Origin: Octopus sinensis
Taxonomy: Eukaryota
Direction of reading: 5' to 3'
Assembly: GCF_006345805.1 (NCBI RefSeq)
Contig: NC_043010.1
Location: 59,706,001-59,770,000 of the forward strand
Length of the DNA stretch: 64,000 nt
How positions within the stretch are numbered: the stretch's first letter is position 1; each line of letters starts with the position of its first letter. The notes under the pieces are model-generated. The model saw only the letters and a program-made list of their open reading frames with translations. It did no database searches and had not been told where the DNA came from. The position numbers and the translations under genes were made by a program. Shown here piece after piece: positions 36,566 through 50,500 of the stretch.

Positions 36566-37389
36566 AAGTTTGTTATTCCATATTATTTATTCAAATTATG
36601 TGAAATAATGATTTTATTTATAACTCTATTCTGACACCAAAATGTTATATTGTAATGGTGGCCATATTAGATCTGGTTGAGGCTTCGTTTGTCTTTTGTA
36701 TTTATTGATAATTAAAGAAAATGAAAGCTTGTACACAATATAATTTCAGTAATTTTCCCCAAACTGGATATTTTAAAACTTTGATGAGAAGTCTGGATAT
36801 ATTTTATAGCAGTTCTTTTATTTCTGATTTCCTTGCAAATAATTACTACCTTCCTATTTGAATGGTGTCTGTTTTGTAATGTGTTTCAAATAAATCATTT
36901 AGTCTTTGGTCAGTGAAGTTTATTCAACAATTACTTAAAGAAACTTCACATTTCAGAATATAAATGCTAGAAATAATTATGTTTTCCACAAAAATGGATA
37001 CATTTTTTTTAGAGGTTTCTCGTTTCATATTTGTTTGTCTGTGAGTGGTAGCAAAAGCAAAAGATTAAAAAATTTGCAAGAAAACTGATAACAAAATTCT
37101 TTAAAACAGAAGCACCCTGCAGTATTTGTTTGTCTTGAACTTCACAGATGCTCCCTCTTATGTACATTCTGATTTAAAACATAATTTACAAACACCATCC
37201 ATCTTGAATATATTATGTCTGTTAACTAACTGGTTTTCCCTTTAAAAGCATCTTTAAAGCCTAATATATCTGTGTTTAAGATATATTTGGGACTAGTCTG
37301 AGAGTTAAAAGCTTTCCTCTTGTGATAGATTTTAATAGCGATTAAGTAATTCACAATAATTTGGGAATCTTTCTTGGTTATTCAGCTGC

Positions 37390-38420
37390 TTTTCAGCTGC
37401 CAGTCAACGAGGCACACAATGGCAGTCTTGTATTTAATATTGACAATGAATTGAAATGTTTTGAAGCAGACCAAGCTGAACAGTATGAGGGCACAATGTC
37501 TCATGTTGTTGCTGTTGTGGTTCTCTTTTGCACCTGACTAATTGTCAGACATAACACCAACATCATTTGCCTCGTTACAGTCATGCTGTCTAGGGATTTG
37601 AGTGCAAATTCTGATTGTAAAGGGGACACCTGCTGATAAGTTGAAAGCATGTCTGAAGGCATCCTGTGATATGAGAAGAGTTAAAAGACTTCTTCTTTCT
37701 ACCAACGTGGGAGTTGCACTTAATAGAGATGTCCAAGTAACCCAGTGTTCCAAGGTTTTCCTTCAGCTGGGGGCAATGGTCACTTACCATTTGACACTGT
37801 AAATGGAGATGTCAAAATGCCAATAAATATTATGAAACAGTTGTGAATACATCTCGAGAGATGCTATTGAATGTCTATTCTAGATTCCCACAGAATTATA
37901 GAAACCATGACTGGCTTTCCGAACATGCCATCCTAGCTCCTAAAGTGACACTCTGCAGGATATTAATGCTATTGTCATACAGCAGGTATCTGTCAAAATC
38001 TGTTCTCACTGTAGTTGATGTTAGCATTGTTGGTAGTTATCCAACAGAATCACTCAATTCTCTTCATTCCATTGTGGTCTCTCCTTACAATCCCGAAATG
38101 AATGCAGGAATGTTGCAAGGATATGTAGATGTACTGCATCACTATTACTATACAAGAGTTGCTGACAACTCTTTTATGCTTCATGTAATGAAAGCCACCA
38201 TTATGACTGGTTTTGTCAGGGGAAGAGATGCTTTCATTCCACTCATTTCTTTCATCTGACCAGAAGTTCTTATGCAGTTTTCCAGTGACACATGTTTTTG
38301 TGGTCATCATCAAGTCTCAGGGACAGTCTTTGGGGTTTCTACAAGTCCACATTTCTTTTGTGGTCAGTTGTATATTGAATGTTGATGTGGTGGGCCAAGA
38401 AGACTTTTTTTTTCATCAGA
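37390..38420 (+). mobile_element. Degenerate Helitron Pif1-helicase fragment in G5 intron 1
   Basis: GTPADKLKACLKAS; QNYRNHDWLSEHAILAPK; YPTESLNSL; KATIMTG..FIPLI; IKSQGQSL; GQLYIEC are recognisable Helitron helicase motifs, with stops and frameshifts. Confidence 0.8.
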
Positions 38421-38774
38421 GAACCATATCATAGAACAATTGAATGTTATTTACTCCAGGTTTCATACTGAACAAAAATATTACTGTGAAACTTTGTTAT
38501 GTATCAATATGATGTGGAAGACATTTCATTAGAACTTATTCAGTAGATGTATATTTTGTAAGTGTATGTATGTGTGTAATATGGATTTTTACATTGGTTC
38601 TGTATGTATATATATCACCACCATTATAGGTGTCTACTCTTCGAACCCCCCTCCTCAATACGCTATTTCACCATGCATTACCCTCTTGATATCTTACGTT
38701 CTATTTGCCTAGAACCTGTCATCATTTCTCTGAACCACCCCTCCCCACTGGTGCTCCCCTATATTTCTGCCCCT

Positions 38775-39033
38775 CCCCCCCACATAAAAAGCACCATCCG
38801 AACGTGGCCGATGCCAGACCCCTCTGGCACCTGTGCAGGTGGCACGTAAAAAACACCCACTACACTCGCGGAGTGGTTGGCGTTAGGAAGGGCATCCAGC
38901 TGTAGAAACACTGCCAGACTAGACTGGAGCCTGGGGCAGTCCCTAGCTCCCCAGACCCCAGTCGAAACCGTCCAACCCGTGCTAGCGCGGAAAACGGACG
39001 TTAAACGATGATGATGATGATGATGATGATGAT
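38775..39033 (+). mobile_element. Non-LTR 3' end / SINE with (GAT)n tail
   Basis: ggcacgtaaaaaacacccactacactcgcggagtggttggcgttaggaagggcatccagc...ggacgttaaacgatgatgatg; further copies at about 7255, 54728 and 62219 (minus). Confidence 0.7.
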
Positions 39034-39282
39034 ATATATGTGTGTAGATTGTTTGCTCCAAGATATTATCAAATTGGCAAAAGAAATTAAAACTAATTAT
39101 AAAGTACTTTAAAAACGAAATACGTTCCAGTATTTCTTCCCCTCGAGTCTCACAGATGTCTCTTTCCCACTCTCATAATCACCATAAATGCAGGAAACTA
39201 TTAGGAGACTTAGTTGGAAACCAGTTTCCAGTGGAACCTGTTGTTCATTGAATGTTACATATAATAGAGTGAACAACTGTAG

Positions 39283-39470
39283 AAGCGAGCTGGCAGAAAC
39301 ATTAGCATGCCAAGCGAAATGCTTAGCAGTCTTTCATCTGTCTTTACGTTCTGAGTTCAAATTCCGCTGAGGTGATCTTTGCCCTCATCCTTTCGGGGTC
39401 GATAAATTAAGTACCAGCTACTTACTGGGGTCAATCAAAGATACTGGCCACCTCTCCAAAAATTTCAGGC
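39283..39470 (+). mobile_element. tRNA-derived SINE (cephalopod-type)
   Basis: gagctggcagaaacattagc head, B-box-like gagttcaaattcc, body catcctttcggggtcgataaattaagtacc; related copies at about 10370, 20395, 62500. Confidence 0.7.
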
Positions 39471-40217
39471 CTCATAATTATAGAAAAGAATAAGTGTAGA
39501 TAAATGTCTATCACATAACATTGAATCAAGTTAATTTAATATGTACAAATAATTAGATAATCATTATATAATTGATTATGTTATCATGTGGGTCATGGAG
39601 AGCAAAACATGAAATTTCTGAATTGTTATTGAAATCCGTTGTTTTTTATTCTTTCCATTATTTGTGTATATAATCAAAATGAGCATTTCACATTGAAATT
39701 AAATACAATGTTGTTGTGATAGTTATGTCACTATGACAGCTTCTAAAATATATTACATGTTAGATAAAGGGTATAATGGATAGCATCTGAATGCAATTTT
39801 TGAGTATTAGTGAGGGTAATTATATAAAATATATTACCCGGGTTAGTGGACACATAATAAATATAATGTGTGAAAGATTAAGATGATAAAATGGGTAGAA
39901 ATTAGTGAAACACAAGGGAGTTATAAATTTAAAAGAATATTTATGCAAATAGATTTCTTATTGAACTATGTGTGTTGAATAAAATGACATAAAAATCATC
40001 TCTGAGGATTTTATGGAAAGCAGGTAGTTTTATAAGCGCTAGAAAAGATTATAATTACATATGATTGCTAGTCACTTAATTTGTTTAAAAAATATTCATG
40101 CATTGAAATAAAGCGAAACTAGTCAAAATTGCTCATTGAAACAAAATATTTTCTCTTTCAGACCAAATTTTTGAAGCCATCTTTTTTCTGGAAACTGCAT
40201 TAACATCAAGACCAGAG

Positions 40218-43200
40218 ATGTTGTTACACCTGTGTGTTTTACTGACTTTATTCCACTGTTATTCAAGTGAAGATATCACATACCATGTTAAAGAAGAGAA
40301 TATTCCTCATACCTATGTAGGGGACATTGCTACTGACTTACAGAAATCAGACAGCTCCTTCCTAAAGAATAAGGATTTGATTACATTTAGTCAACTGCAA
40401 CAAAAGGGAGAACAGTTGTTCAATGTGACGAGAACAGGTAAACTGTACACTGTTGAGACATTGGATGCTGAGTCTGTGTGTAGTTATGAGAAAGAATGTT
40501 TTGAAATCGTTAAAGTTGCTGTTCACAAATCCAAGACATTTATGAAGATCTTAAAGATTAAAGTCATAATAGAAGACATCAATGACCACCAGCCTGAGTT
40601 TCCTGAGAAAGAAATCACAGTAATCTTTGGTGAAGGTGATGGTAGAGGTATGAAGAAGGCTATACCTAATGCTATAGACAAAGATATGAACCATGAAAAC
40701 AGCTTAATTACTTATGAATTAAAAAAAGATAATGGACATTTTTCATTATCAGTTTCTAAACACACCGATGAATTTTCAGCATTAGAGATTATTTTAGAAG
40801 AGAAATTAGACAGAGAAAAGAAGGACAGCTACAATATTGAGGTCATTGCTAAAGATGGGGGAACTCCACCAAAACAATCTGTTTTGAATGTTAAAATATC
40901 TGTAAAAGATGAAAATGACAACAGACCACAATTTTCTCAGAGTATCTACAATGTCTCTATTGAACATAAACATAAAAAGAATATTCCAGTAGTCACATTA
41001 TCTGCCAGTGATTTAGATATTGGCAGGAATGGTAAAATATCATATTACTTTGCCAGGAAAACTGCTGAGAAAATGAAGAGACATTTTAATTTAGATGAAA
41101 ATACTGGGAAATTATATATAGCTACAACTTCAAAAATTGATAAGGATGGATCATTTAAATTATACATTGAAGCCAGAGATGATGGCACATCTCCTCTCAG
41201 CTCCATAGCCACTGTTATGGTAAATGTCATCAATGAACACAACAATCCCCCAAATATTGATGTGAACTTTATTTCTACACAGAATCACAACACAGCTACC
41301 ATTCTGGAAGACATCAAAGTTGGTAGTTTCATTGCTTATGTGATGGTCACTGACAATGATGTTGGACACAATGGACAGGTGAACTGTCATATCAAAGACG
41401 ACACATTCAAACTACAGTCAATGGGATCGAAGGAATATAAAATAGTTCTAAAGAAAGCAGTAGACAGAGAGACACAGGAACATTATCACTTTACTGTGTC
41501 GTGTGAAGATAAAGGATTACCTGCTCTGAAAACTGATAAAGATCTGTCAATCCAAGTGTTGGATGTGAATGATGTAGAACCACACTTTACGAAAGACACA
41601 TTCAAGTTCCTTACCTATGAGAATGACAAAGCTAATTTCCCTATTGGCTTTATCAATGCTACAGACCCAGATATTGGTAAGGGAGGTGAATTGTCTTATT
41701 CTCTGAGAAATAAACAGCAATATCGTCTGCCATTCCAGATTATCAACTCTGGCTTTATTTCAACAAACCAGTCTTTAGACAGAGAACACAGAGATTTCTA
41801 TGAGTTTGAGGTTTTTGTGAAAGACAATGGAAGCCCATCTCTGAATAACACAGTGAATGTTGAAGTGGAAGTATTGGATAGAAATGATAATGCTCCATAT
41901 TTTACATTTCCTAGTGTTGACCCTTTCACTCTTAATGTCCACTATCATCCGCAAAGTAAGAACGACATCACAGTTCTGAAAGCATCTGATATAGACAGTC
42001 ACATGAATGCTTTTCTCAGGTATGAAATTGTTTCAGGTAACGAGAGACAGTTATTTAAACTGGATTCGTTCACTGGTGTGTTATCTTACTCTCGCACAGT
42101 TTACCAAAATGATGCCGGCTCATATGAGCTTGAGTTTGTTGTGAAAGACAGTGGTACTCCAGTTCTGTCAGCAACAACTAGTGTGTCTTTGACTCTGACT
42201 GTTAGTAACAAGACGTCACCAATGTTCACAGCTGTGCACCTACCAAGTGATAACACAATAGATGCGACATTGTTGATTATCATTGTAGTAGCAGCTGTGA
42301 CAGTATCTATAGCTATTGTGGTTTCTATAACCCTGTGTATTGTGAGATGTAACAATGTGAGAAATAGCTCATCTGAAAGAACAGCAGAAGAGAAACAGGC
42401 ATACCAATGTCGCAATGAGATGAGACAGTTGATCTATCAAGGTAACAACAGTGTACCTGTGATGTCAGGTAATCGAGGAGAGATGTCAGACAGATATGGT
42501 CATTCGAGGAGCCATTACTATCCTGAAGACTGGAAGACATCGACAATGAGCAGAAGTCTTCAAAAGTCCACAAAGGTAAGTTTTATTTCAATTATCAGTC
42601 TTGTAGTAAATAGCATTTAATTAAAAATGATCGAGTTTATTACATTATATCAGAATCACTGTTCCTTGATGATTGGTAGTATTTAATTTCCAAATGTATT
42701 TGATATGAAATATTCCATGTTGAAAAATTACTTTCGTGATGTATTGATGAGAAATACATTTTGCCCTGCGCATGTTACAAGTTATTTGATGTTTAATGAA
42801 TCTCTAGCAATTCTACCACAACAAGAATCAAAGATGCTTTCATACGTTGTAGGTTATGAATCTCTTTAATCACAGTCAAAAATGAGTAGACTTAGTAACG
42901 AGTTGACATAGATATTGTTGAAATTGTCTACAGTTATGTGCACTGTCTGAATGAGAATTCAAGGTATATAGCATGTGTGCATGTGTAGGTTCAAATAGGC
43001 TAATAGGAAACAATTGACAGAGAATTGGAAGTTGTGTTGATATTTTTCAATTTTCTCACTTTTTATAAAGTTAAATTAATCCTTTAATGTCTCTGTTTCA
43101 ATCCATCTCATGATAAATGTATCTGGACGTTAATAGTAGACAATTACTGTTTTTATTCTTTATCGAATATGTACACTTCTTTTAATATGGAGTGATAACT

Positions 43201-44076
43201 AATATCACTTGTGTCATCATTGAGTTTTTAGTAATTTCTCTCTTGTTTTATCTTGGAACATTGTCATATTTCAAATAAATTACCTTGTATAAGCGTGTGT
43301 TACATTTTACTAATTGAAGTGATATAATGCATAAGCTGCCCTATTTTATCAGACAGAAACTATTTTATTCAATATTAGATATAGGACTGTCAGTCATAAA
43401 TGTTATCTGTATAATATGTCTTGTTACTATTGCATTTTACAGCAGAAATACAGTCAACCGATTGAGGTGACATCTTATGGAGACAACAGACCATCTTCTC
43501 ACTATCCCACTGACACACTGACCAGTCGTAAGAGCAGTGGACAGTGCTGGAGTGAGCGGTCAAGTAGACAGTATGAAGAAATACCAGCAATGTCAGGTAA
43601 AACAATTTCATTTACCTATCTTAATTGGTATATTTGTCATTTACCCCAATGATATCTTTTGGAGTGAGCCCTAAACGAACACTATGTTAATTTTATTTAT
43701 TAGTTTAATTGTCATTTGATGTGCTGAAGTTTGTACAGATCTATTGTGTAGTGATGTATTAATTTCTTTATAATAGTTGTTTAGTAGGTTATTGCATAGA
43801 AGAGAAGAGAATATTGACCAAAGCCTGTCAGTAAATACTTATTGTCTTTGTGTACCATACGATAAGTTCAGTTGATGTATATATGTGTTTCAGGAATCTA
43901 ACTACTGGCTATATGAACTATGTAATAAGTATATTATATATGTGTGTGTTTCAGGAATCTATGGTGGTGCCCCACCCGATGTATCAAGCACCAGTGAGAT
44001 AGACCATTACCAAGACAGATATGTGAAACCTCCAGAGAGACAGTTACCTTCAACACCAGATGTTGTTGTCAGTTAA
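40218..44076 (+). CDS. PCDH: Protocadherin G5, join(40218..42575,43443..43596,43955..44076), 877 aa
   Basis: Intact ORF and homologous splice sites; exon-2 acceptor tttcag|40162; 5' exon donor after 36563; extra duplicated acceptor at 43893|43894. Confidence 0.92.
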
Positions 44077-44514
44077 GTGAGGTTGAGAGAGGAACACAAC
44101 AGAAATAATATCACCTTCAACATTCACACAACATTTAAAAGCAACACAAATATTTTAGTTAGATAATAATATTGCCCACATATGACTGAATATCTTCAAA
44201 TATGTTTGAGAGAATATATTTTGTGTATATCTTGGGAATATTACTCCAGATGAACTAGACACTAACAATTACAGATATCAAGACCATTGGTAACATTGTA
44301 TAGTTAAATGAACAATCATTAAGTGAAATATTGTGCAGAAGTAGACATTATGCCTGGGGAAATTCAATTTATACTTGAAAATGTGATTTTAATTATAACA
44401 AAAAAATAAACAAAGGATAAGTAATTAATATTTCAGAGAATATATTCTGTTTAGTTGATATATCTCTTTAAATTTCCCATAGATATCCTTATATGAGACT
44501 TTGTTTTGAATTAG

Positions 44515-45022
44515 GTCAGACACCCACAAACTATTATTGTCAATATTGTATTTACATTTTAAATTACACAAACATTAACAACATCAGCCATATTTTGTTA
44601 ATATAACCTCTCTGTTCTAAGGATTTCTATGTCAGTCTCTCTCCACATCAGACATGTTAGTGTTATATAGACTTATCATGGCTGACTGTTAGTGGAGCTG
44701 ATAGTGTGTGTTCTCTCACTACTCTGTCTTTGTGTGTGAGAGGCAACATCAAGTCTGAGAGAGGCTGTAGTAAGCATCACCCATCCTACTCCTCCTCCTC
44801 CCTTTCACACACACTCACACACACACACACTCACTAAACACCACACATCCACAAAGGAAGACTGAGAGGGAACTGCTGGTTCCCACTGACTCACCACCAA
44901 CACTATTCCATCAACATGAAGCCATTGTCACACCATAGCAGCAGTGACACAGACAACCATTAACAACAGATATTGGGACCAAGTCACAGTTTATACAACA
45001 AAGGATTTTACACAATGACGGT
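44515..45022 (+). promoter_or_regulatory. Conserved promoter / exon-1 cassette of G6
   Basis: Copy of the cassette; uORF1 ATG at 44916; ATGACG|gt at 45015..45022. Confidence 0.75.
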
Positions 45023-45854
45023 AAGTTTGTTATTCCATATTATTTATTCAAATTATGTGAAATAATGATTTTATTTATAACTGTATTCTGACACCAAAAT
45101 GTTATATTGTAATGGTGGCCATATTAGATCTGGTTGAGGCTTCGTTTGTCTTTTGTATTTATTGATAATTAAAGAAAATGAAAGCTTGTACACAATATAA
45201 TTTCAGTAATTTTCCCCAAACTGGATATTTTAAAACTTTGATGAGAAGTCTGGATATATTTTATAGCAGTTCTTTTATTTCTGATTTCCTTGCAAATAAT
45301 TACTACCTTCCTGTTTGAGTGGTGTCTGTTTTGTAATGTGTTTCAAATAAATCATTTAGTCTTTGGTCAGTGAAGTTTATTCAACAATTACTTAAAGAAA
45401 CTTCACATTTCAGAATATAAATGCTAGAAATAATTATGTTATCCACAAAAATAGATACAATTTTTTAGAGGTTTCTTGTTTCATATTTATTTGTCTATAA
45501 GTGGTAGCAAAAGCAAAAGATTTTAAAATTTGCAAGAAAACTGATAACAAAATTCTTTAAAACAGAAGCACCCTGCAGTATTTGTTTGTCTTGAACTTCA
45601 CAGATGCTCCCTCTTATGTACATTCTGATTTAAAACATAATTTACAAACACCATCCATCTTGAATATATTATGTCTGTTAACTAACTGGTTTTCCCTTTA
45701 AAAGCATCTTTAAAGCCTAATATATCTGTGTTTAAGATATATTTGGGACTAGTCTGAGAGTTAAAAGCTTTCCTCTTGTGATAGATTTTAATAGCGATTA
45801 AGTAATTCACAATAATTTTGGGAATCTTTCTTGGTTATTCAGCTGCTTTTCAGC

Positions 45855-46930
45855 TGCCAGTCAACGAGGCACACAATGGCAGTCTTCTATTTAATATTGA
45901 CAATGAATTGAAATGTTTTGAAGCAGACCAGGCTGAACAGTATGAGGGCACAATGTCTCATGTTGTTGCTGTTGTGGTTCTCTTTTGCACCTGACTAATT
46001 GTCAGACATAACACCAACATCATTTGCCTCGTTACAGTCATGCTGTCTAGTGATTTGAGTCCAATTCTGATTGTAAAGGGGACACCTGCTGATAAGTTGA
46101 AAGCATGTCTGAAGGCATCCTGTGATATGAGAAGAGATAAAAGACTTCTTCTTTCTACCAACTTGGGAGTTGCACTTAATAGAGATGTCCAAGTAACCCA
46201 GTGCTCCAAGGTTTTCCTTCAGCTGGGGGCAATGGTCACTTACCATTTGACACTGTAAATGGAGATGTCAAAATGCCAATAAATATTATGAAACAGTTGT
46301 GAATACATCTCGAGACATACTACTGAATATTTATTCTAGATTCCCACAGAATTATAGAAACCATGAGTAGCTTTCCGAACATGCCATCCTAGCTCCTAAA
46401 GTGACACTCTGCAGGATATCAATGCTATTGTCATACAGCAGGTATCTGTCAAAATCTGTTCTCACTGTAGTTGATATTAGCATTGTTGGTAGTTATCCAA
46501 CAGAATCACTCAATTCTCTTCATTCCATTGTGGTCTCTCCTTACAATCCCGAAATGAATGGAGGAGCATGCATTATGTTGTTAAGAAATTTGGATACAAT
46601 AAATTTCCATTACAGTACAAGACCCGCTGACAACTCTTTTATGCTTCATGTGATGAAAGCCACCATTATGACTGGTTTTGTCATGAGAAAAGATGGTTAC
46701 ATTCCCCTCATTGCTTTCATCTAACTAGATATGCTTATGCAGTTTCCCTGTGATGCTGTCATATTTTTGAGGCCATCATCAGGTCTCAAGGACTGTCCCC
46801 CTGGGTTACTACACTCTAACTTACAGGTCCACATTTGTCTCATGATCAGCTGTATATTGCATGTTGATGTGGTAGGTCAGAGATTTTTTTTTTTTACCTT
46901 CAGTTCACCAAACCATGAAACAATTAAATT
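45855..46930 (+). mobile_element. Degenerate Helitron Pif1-helicase fragment in G6 intron 1
   Basis: GTPADKLKACLKAS; YPTESLNSL..CIMLLRNL..KATIMTG; same intron position as the G4 and G5 copies. Confidence 0.8.
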
Positions 46931-47555
46931 CTCTCTACTCCACAGCTCATACTGAATAAGAAAAATTACTGTGAAAATTACTATTAAAATGTGTTATGTA
47001 TCAATTCAAAATTAGATTAAGTAAAACATATCCTTAATAGTATTGATCATCATCAACAGCATCAAGTAGATCTTGCTTGGATTATCGATACTTTGATTAT
47101 CAATTGTCAACAGTCTCAGAAGCTTCATACCTCGTAGAAACCTGAGATAAATGCAAATACATGTCTGAAGTTGAATTTTTCTCGGGTTTCTATGATATGT
47201 AAAGCTTCAGTGAAAAACCTGTAATCTAAAGTTATATATTTTCTATAATTACCATTCACTAATACAATACCAATTAATATTCAAATGACATCCATTGTAT
47301 TTTTATTACCTATTATCTGTTCTATGTATTTAATAAATTATCGTAGTAAAAAAACTATTACATTGACAATATATTCCGTTTGAATGGCGTAGGCTTATTT
47401 TAGTTATGCACAGACTTAATTTGTTTAAAAGATATTTATGCATTGAAGTAAATTGAAAGAAGCCAAAATTGCTCATTTAGACAAAATGTTTTCTGTTTCA
47501 GATTGAATTTTTAAAGCTATCCTTTCTTTGGATTCTGTATTAACACCAAAACAAG

Positions 47556-50500
47556 ATGCTGCTGTTTCTATGGGTTTTACTCACTTCCTTCCATTGTTCC
47601 CTAAGTGAAGATATCACATACCATGTTAAAGAAGAGAATAGTCCCTATACCTATATAGGGGACATTGCTACCGACTTACAGAAATCAGACAGCTCCTTCT
47701 TAAAGAATAAGGATTTAATTACATTTAGTCAACTGCAACAAAAGGGAGAACAGTTGTTCAATGTGACGAGAACAGGTAAACTGTACACTGTTGAGACATT
47801 GGATGCTGAGTCTGTGTGTAGTTATGAGAAAGAATGTTTTGAAATCGTTAAAGTTGCTGTTCACAAATCCAAGACATTTATGAAGATCTTAAAGATTAAA
47901 GTCATAATAGAAGACATCAATGACCACCAACCTGAGTTTCCTCAGAAAGAAATCACACTTTACTTTGGGGAAGGAGACAGAGATGGAATGAAGAAACACA
48001 TACCTAATGCTATTGACAAAGATATGAGTCCAAAAAACAGCTTAATTACTTATGAACTGAAAAAGGATAATGGACATTTTTCCTTATCAGTTTCAAAAGA
48101 AACAGATGAGATATCAGCATTAGGAATTATTTTAGAAGAGAAATTAGACAGAGAAAAGAAGGACAGTTACAATATTGAAGTCATTGCTAAAGATGGGGGA
48201 ACTCCACCAAAACAATCTGTTTTAAATGTTAAAATATCTGTGGAAGATGAAAATGATAATAAACCACAATTTTCTGAACGTATCTACAATGTCTCTATTG
48301 AACATAAGCATAAAAAGAATATTCCTGTAGTCACATTATCTGCCAGTGATTTAGATATTGGCAGGAATGGTAAAATATCATATTATTTTGCAAGGAAAAC
48401 TGCTGAGAAAATGAAGAGACATTTTAATTTAGATGAAAATACTGGAAAATTACATTTAGCTACATCTTCAAAAATTGATAAGGATGAGTCTTTTAAATTA
48501 TACATTGAAGCCAGAGATGATGGCGCATCTCCTTTGAGTTCCATAGCCACTGTTTTGGTAAATGTTATCAATGAACACAACAATCCCCCAAATATTGATG
48601 TGAACTTTATTTCTACACAGAATCACAACACAGCTACCATTCTGGAAGACATCAAAGTTGGTAGTTTCATTGCTTATGTGATGGTCACTGACAATGATGT
48701 TGGACACAATGGAGAGGTGAACTGTCATATCAAAGATGACACATTCAAACTACAGTCAATGGGATCGAAGGAATATAAAATAGTTCTAAAGAAAGCAGTA
48801 GACAGAGAGACACAGGAACATTATCACTTTACTGTGTCGTGTGAAGATAAAGGATTACCTGCTCTGAAAACTGATAAAGATCTGTCAATCCAAGTGTTGG
48901 ATGTGAATGATGTAGAACCACACTTTACGAAAGACACATTCAAGTTCCTTACCTATGAGAATGACAAAGCTAATTTCCCTATTGGCTTTATCAATGCTAC
49001 AGACCCAGATATTGGTAAGGGAGGTGAATTGTCTTATTCTCTGAGAAATAAACAGCAATATCGTCTGCCATTCCAGATTATCAACTCTGGCTTTATTTCA
49101 ACAAACCAGTCTTTAGACAGAGAACATAGAGATTTCTATGAGTTTGAGGTTTTTGTGAAAGACAATGGAAGCCCATCTCTGAATAACACAGTGAATGTTG
49201 AAGTGGAAGTATTGGATAGAAATGATAATGCTCCATATTTTACATTTCCTAGTGTTGACCCTTTCACTCTTAATGTCCACTATCATCCACAAAGTAAGAA
49301 CGACATCACAGTTCTGAAAGCATCTGATATAGACAGTCACATGAATGCTTTTCTCAGGTACGAAATCGTTTCAGGTAACGAGAGACAGTTATTTAAACTG
49401 GATTCGTTCACTGGTGTGTTATCTTACTCTCGCACAGTTTACCAAAATGATGCCGGATCATATGAGCTTGAGTTTGTTGTGAAAGACAGTGGTACTCCAG
49501 TTCTGTCAGCAACAACTAGTGTGTCTTTGACACTGAGTGTTAGTAACAAGACGTCACCAATGTTCACAGCTGTGCACCTACCAAGTGATAACACAATAGA
49601 TGCGACATTGTTGATTATCATTGTAGTAGCAGCTGTGATAGTATCTATAGCTATTGTGGTTTCTATAACCCTGTGTATTGTGAGATGTAACAATGTGAGA
49701 AATAGCTCATCTGAAAGAACAGCAGAAGAGAAACAGGCATACCAATGTCGCAATGAGATGAGACAGTTGATCTATCAAGGTAACAACAGTGTACCTGTGA
49801 TGTCAGGTAATCGAGGAGAGATGTCAGACAGATATGGTCATACGAGGAGCCATTACTATCCTGAAGACTGGAAGACATCAACAATGAGCAGAACACTTCA
49901 GAAGTCTACAAAGGTAAGCCTTACTTCAATAAACAATCTGTTAGTAAATAATCTGCAATTAACTATGATTTAGCTTCAGTGTTTTATATTTGTGTTTTAT
50001 CCAGTGTTTTATAATTGACATTACGTTTCACTTGACCAATTTTACAGTATTGTTTTGCTTCATAATGTCCAAAATATATCTTATGTATGGTTAAGAAAAT
50101 ACCATTCCTGATATGGTGTTGAATACTTATTTAATTTTTTTTACTGTGATTACTGTTGTCCATTTTTTGTTAGATATTTCATGGCAAATGAAAATCTGAG
50201 AAGACATTTTCCAGGATAATTAGACATCTTTGTATACTTTACAGTCTGTCATTTTTAATATTTGTCAATAGGATTGCATCTGATTTTGTGGAAACTACCT
50301 AGTTAGAACAATTCAAATATCTTTGTAGTCTTTACTTCTGGTGATTAAAGCTCCCAAATCTAACATTACTGTACACACACTGACAGTCTAAACTTGCATT
50401 ATCCTTTCAGGAAGGAATCAATTATAAAAGTTTTGTTAATAATTGTGACTTCAGCTAACTTGTACTGTGTATAATTCTTGTGGGAAATGAAGAAACATAA

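Noticed and set aside
26420-47570. G3-G4 and G5-G6 blocks as a purely artefactual haplotype duplication
   Set aside because: The copies differ by a ~515-bp deletion, TE insertions and many EC2/EC3 substitutions, so they look like true paralogs; long-read confirmation is still advisable.
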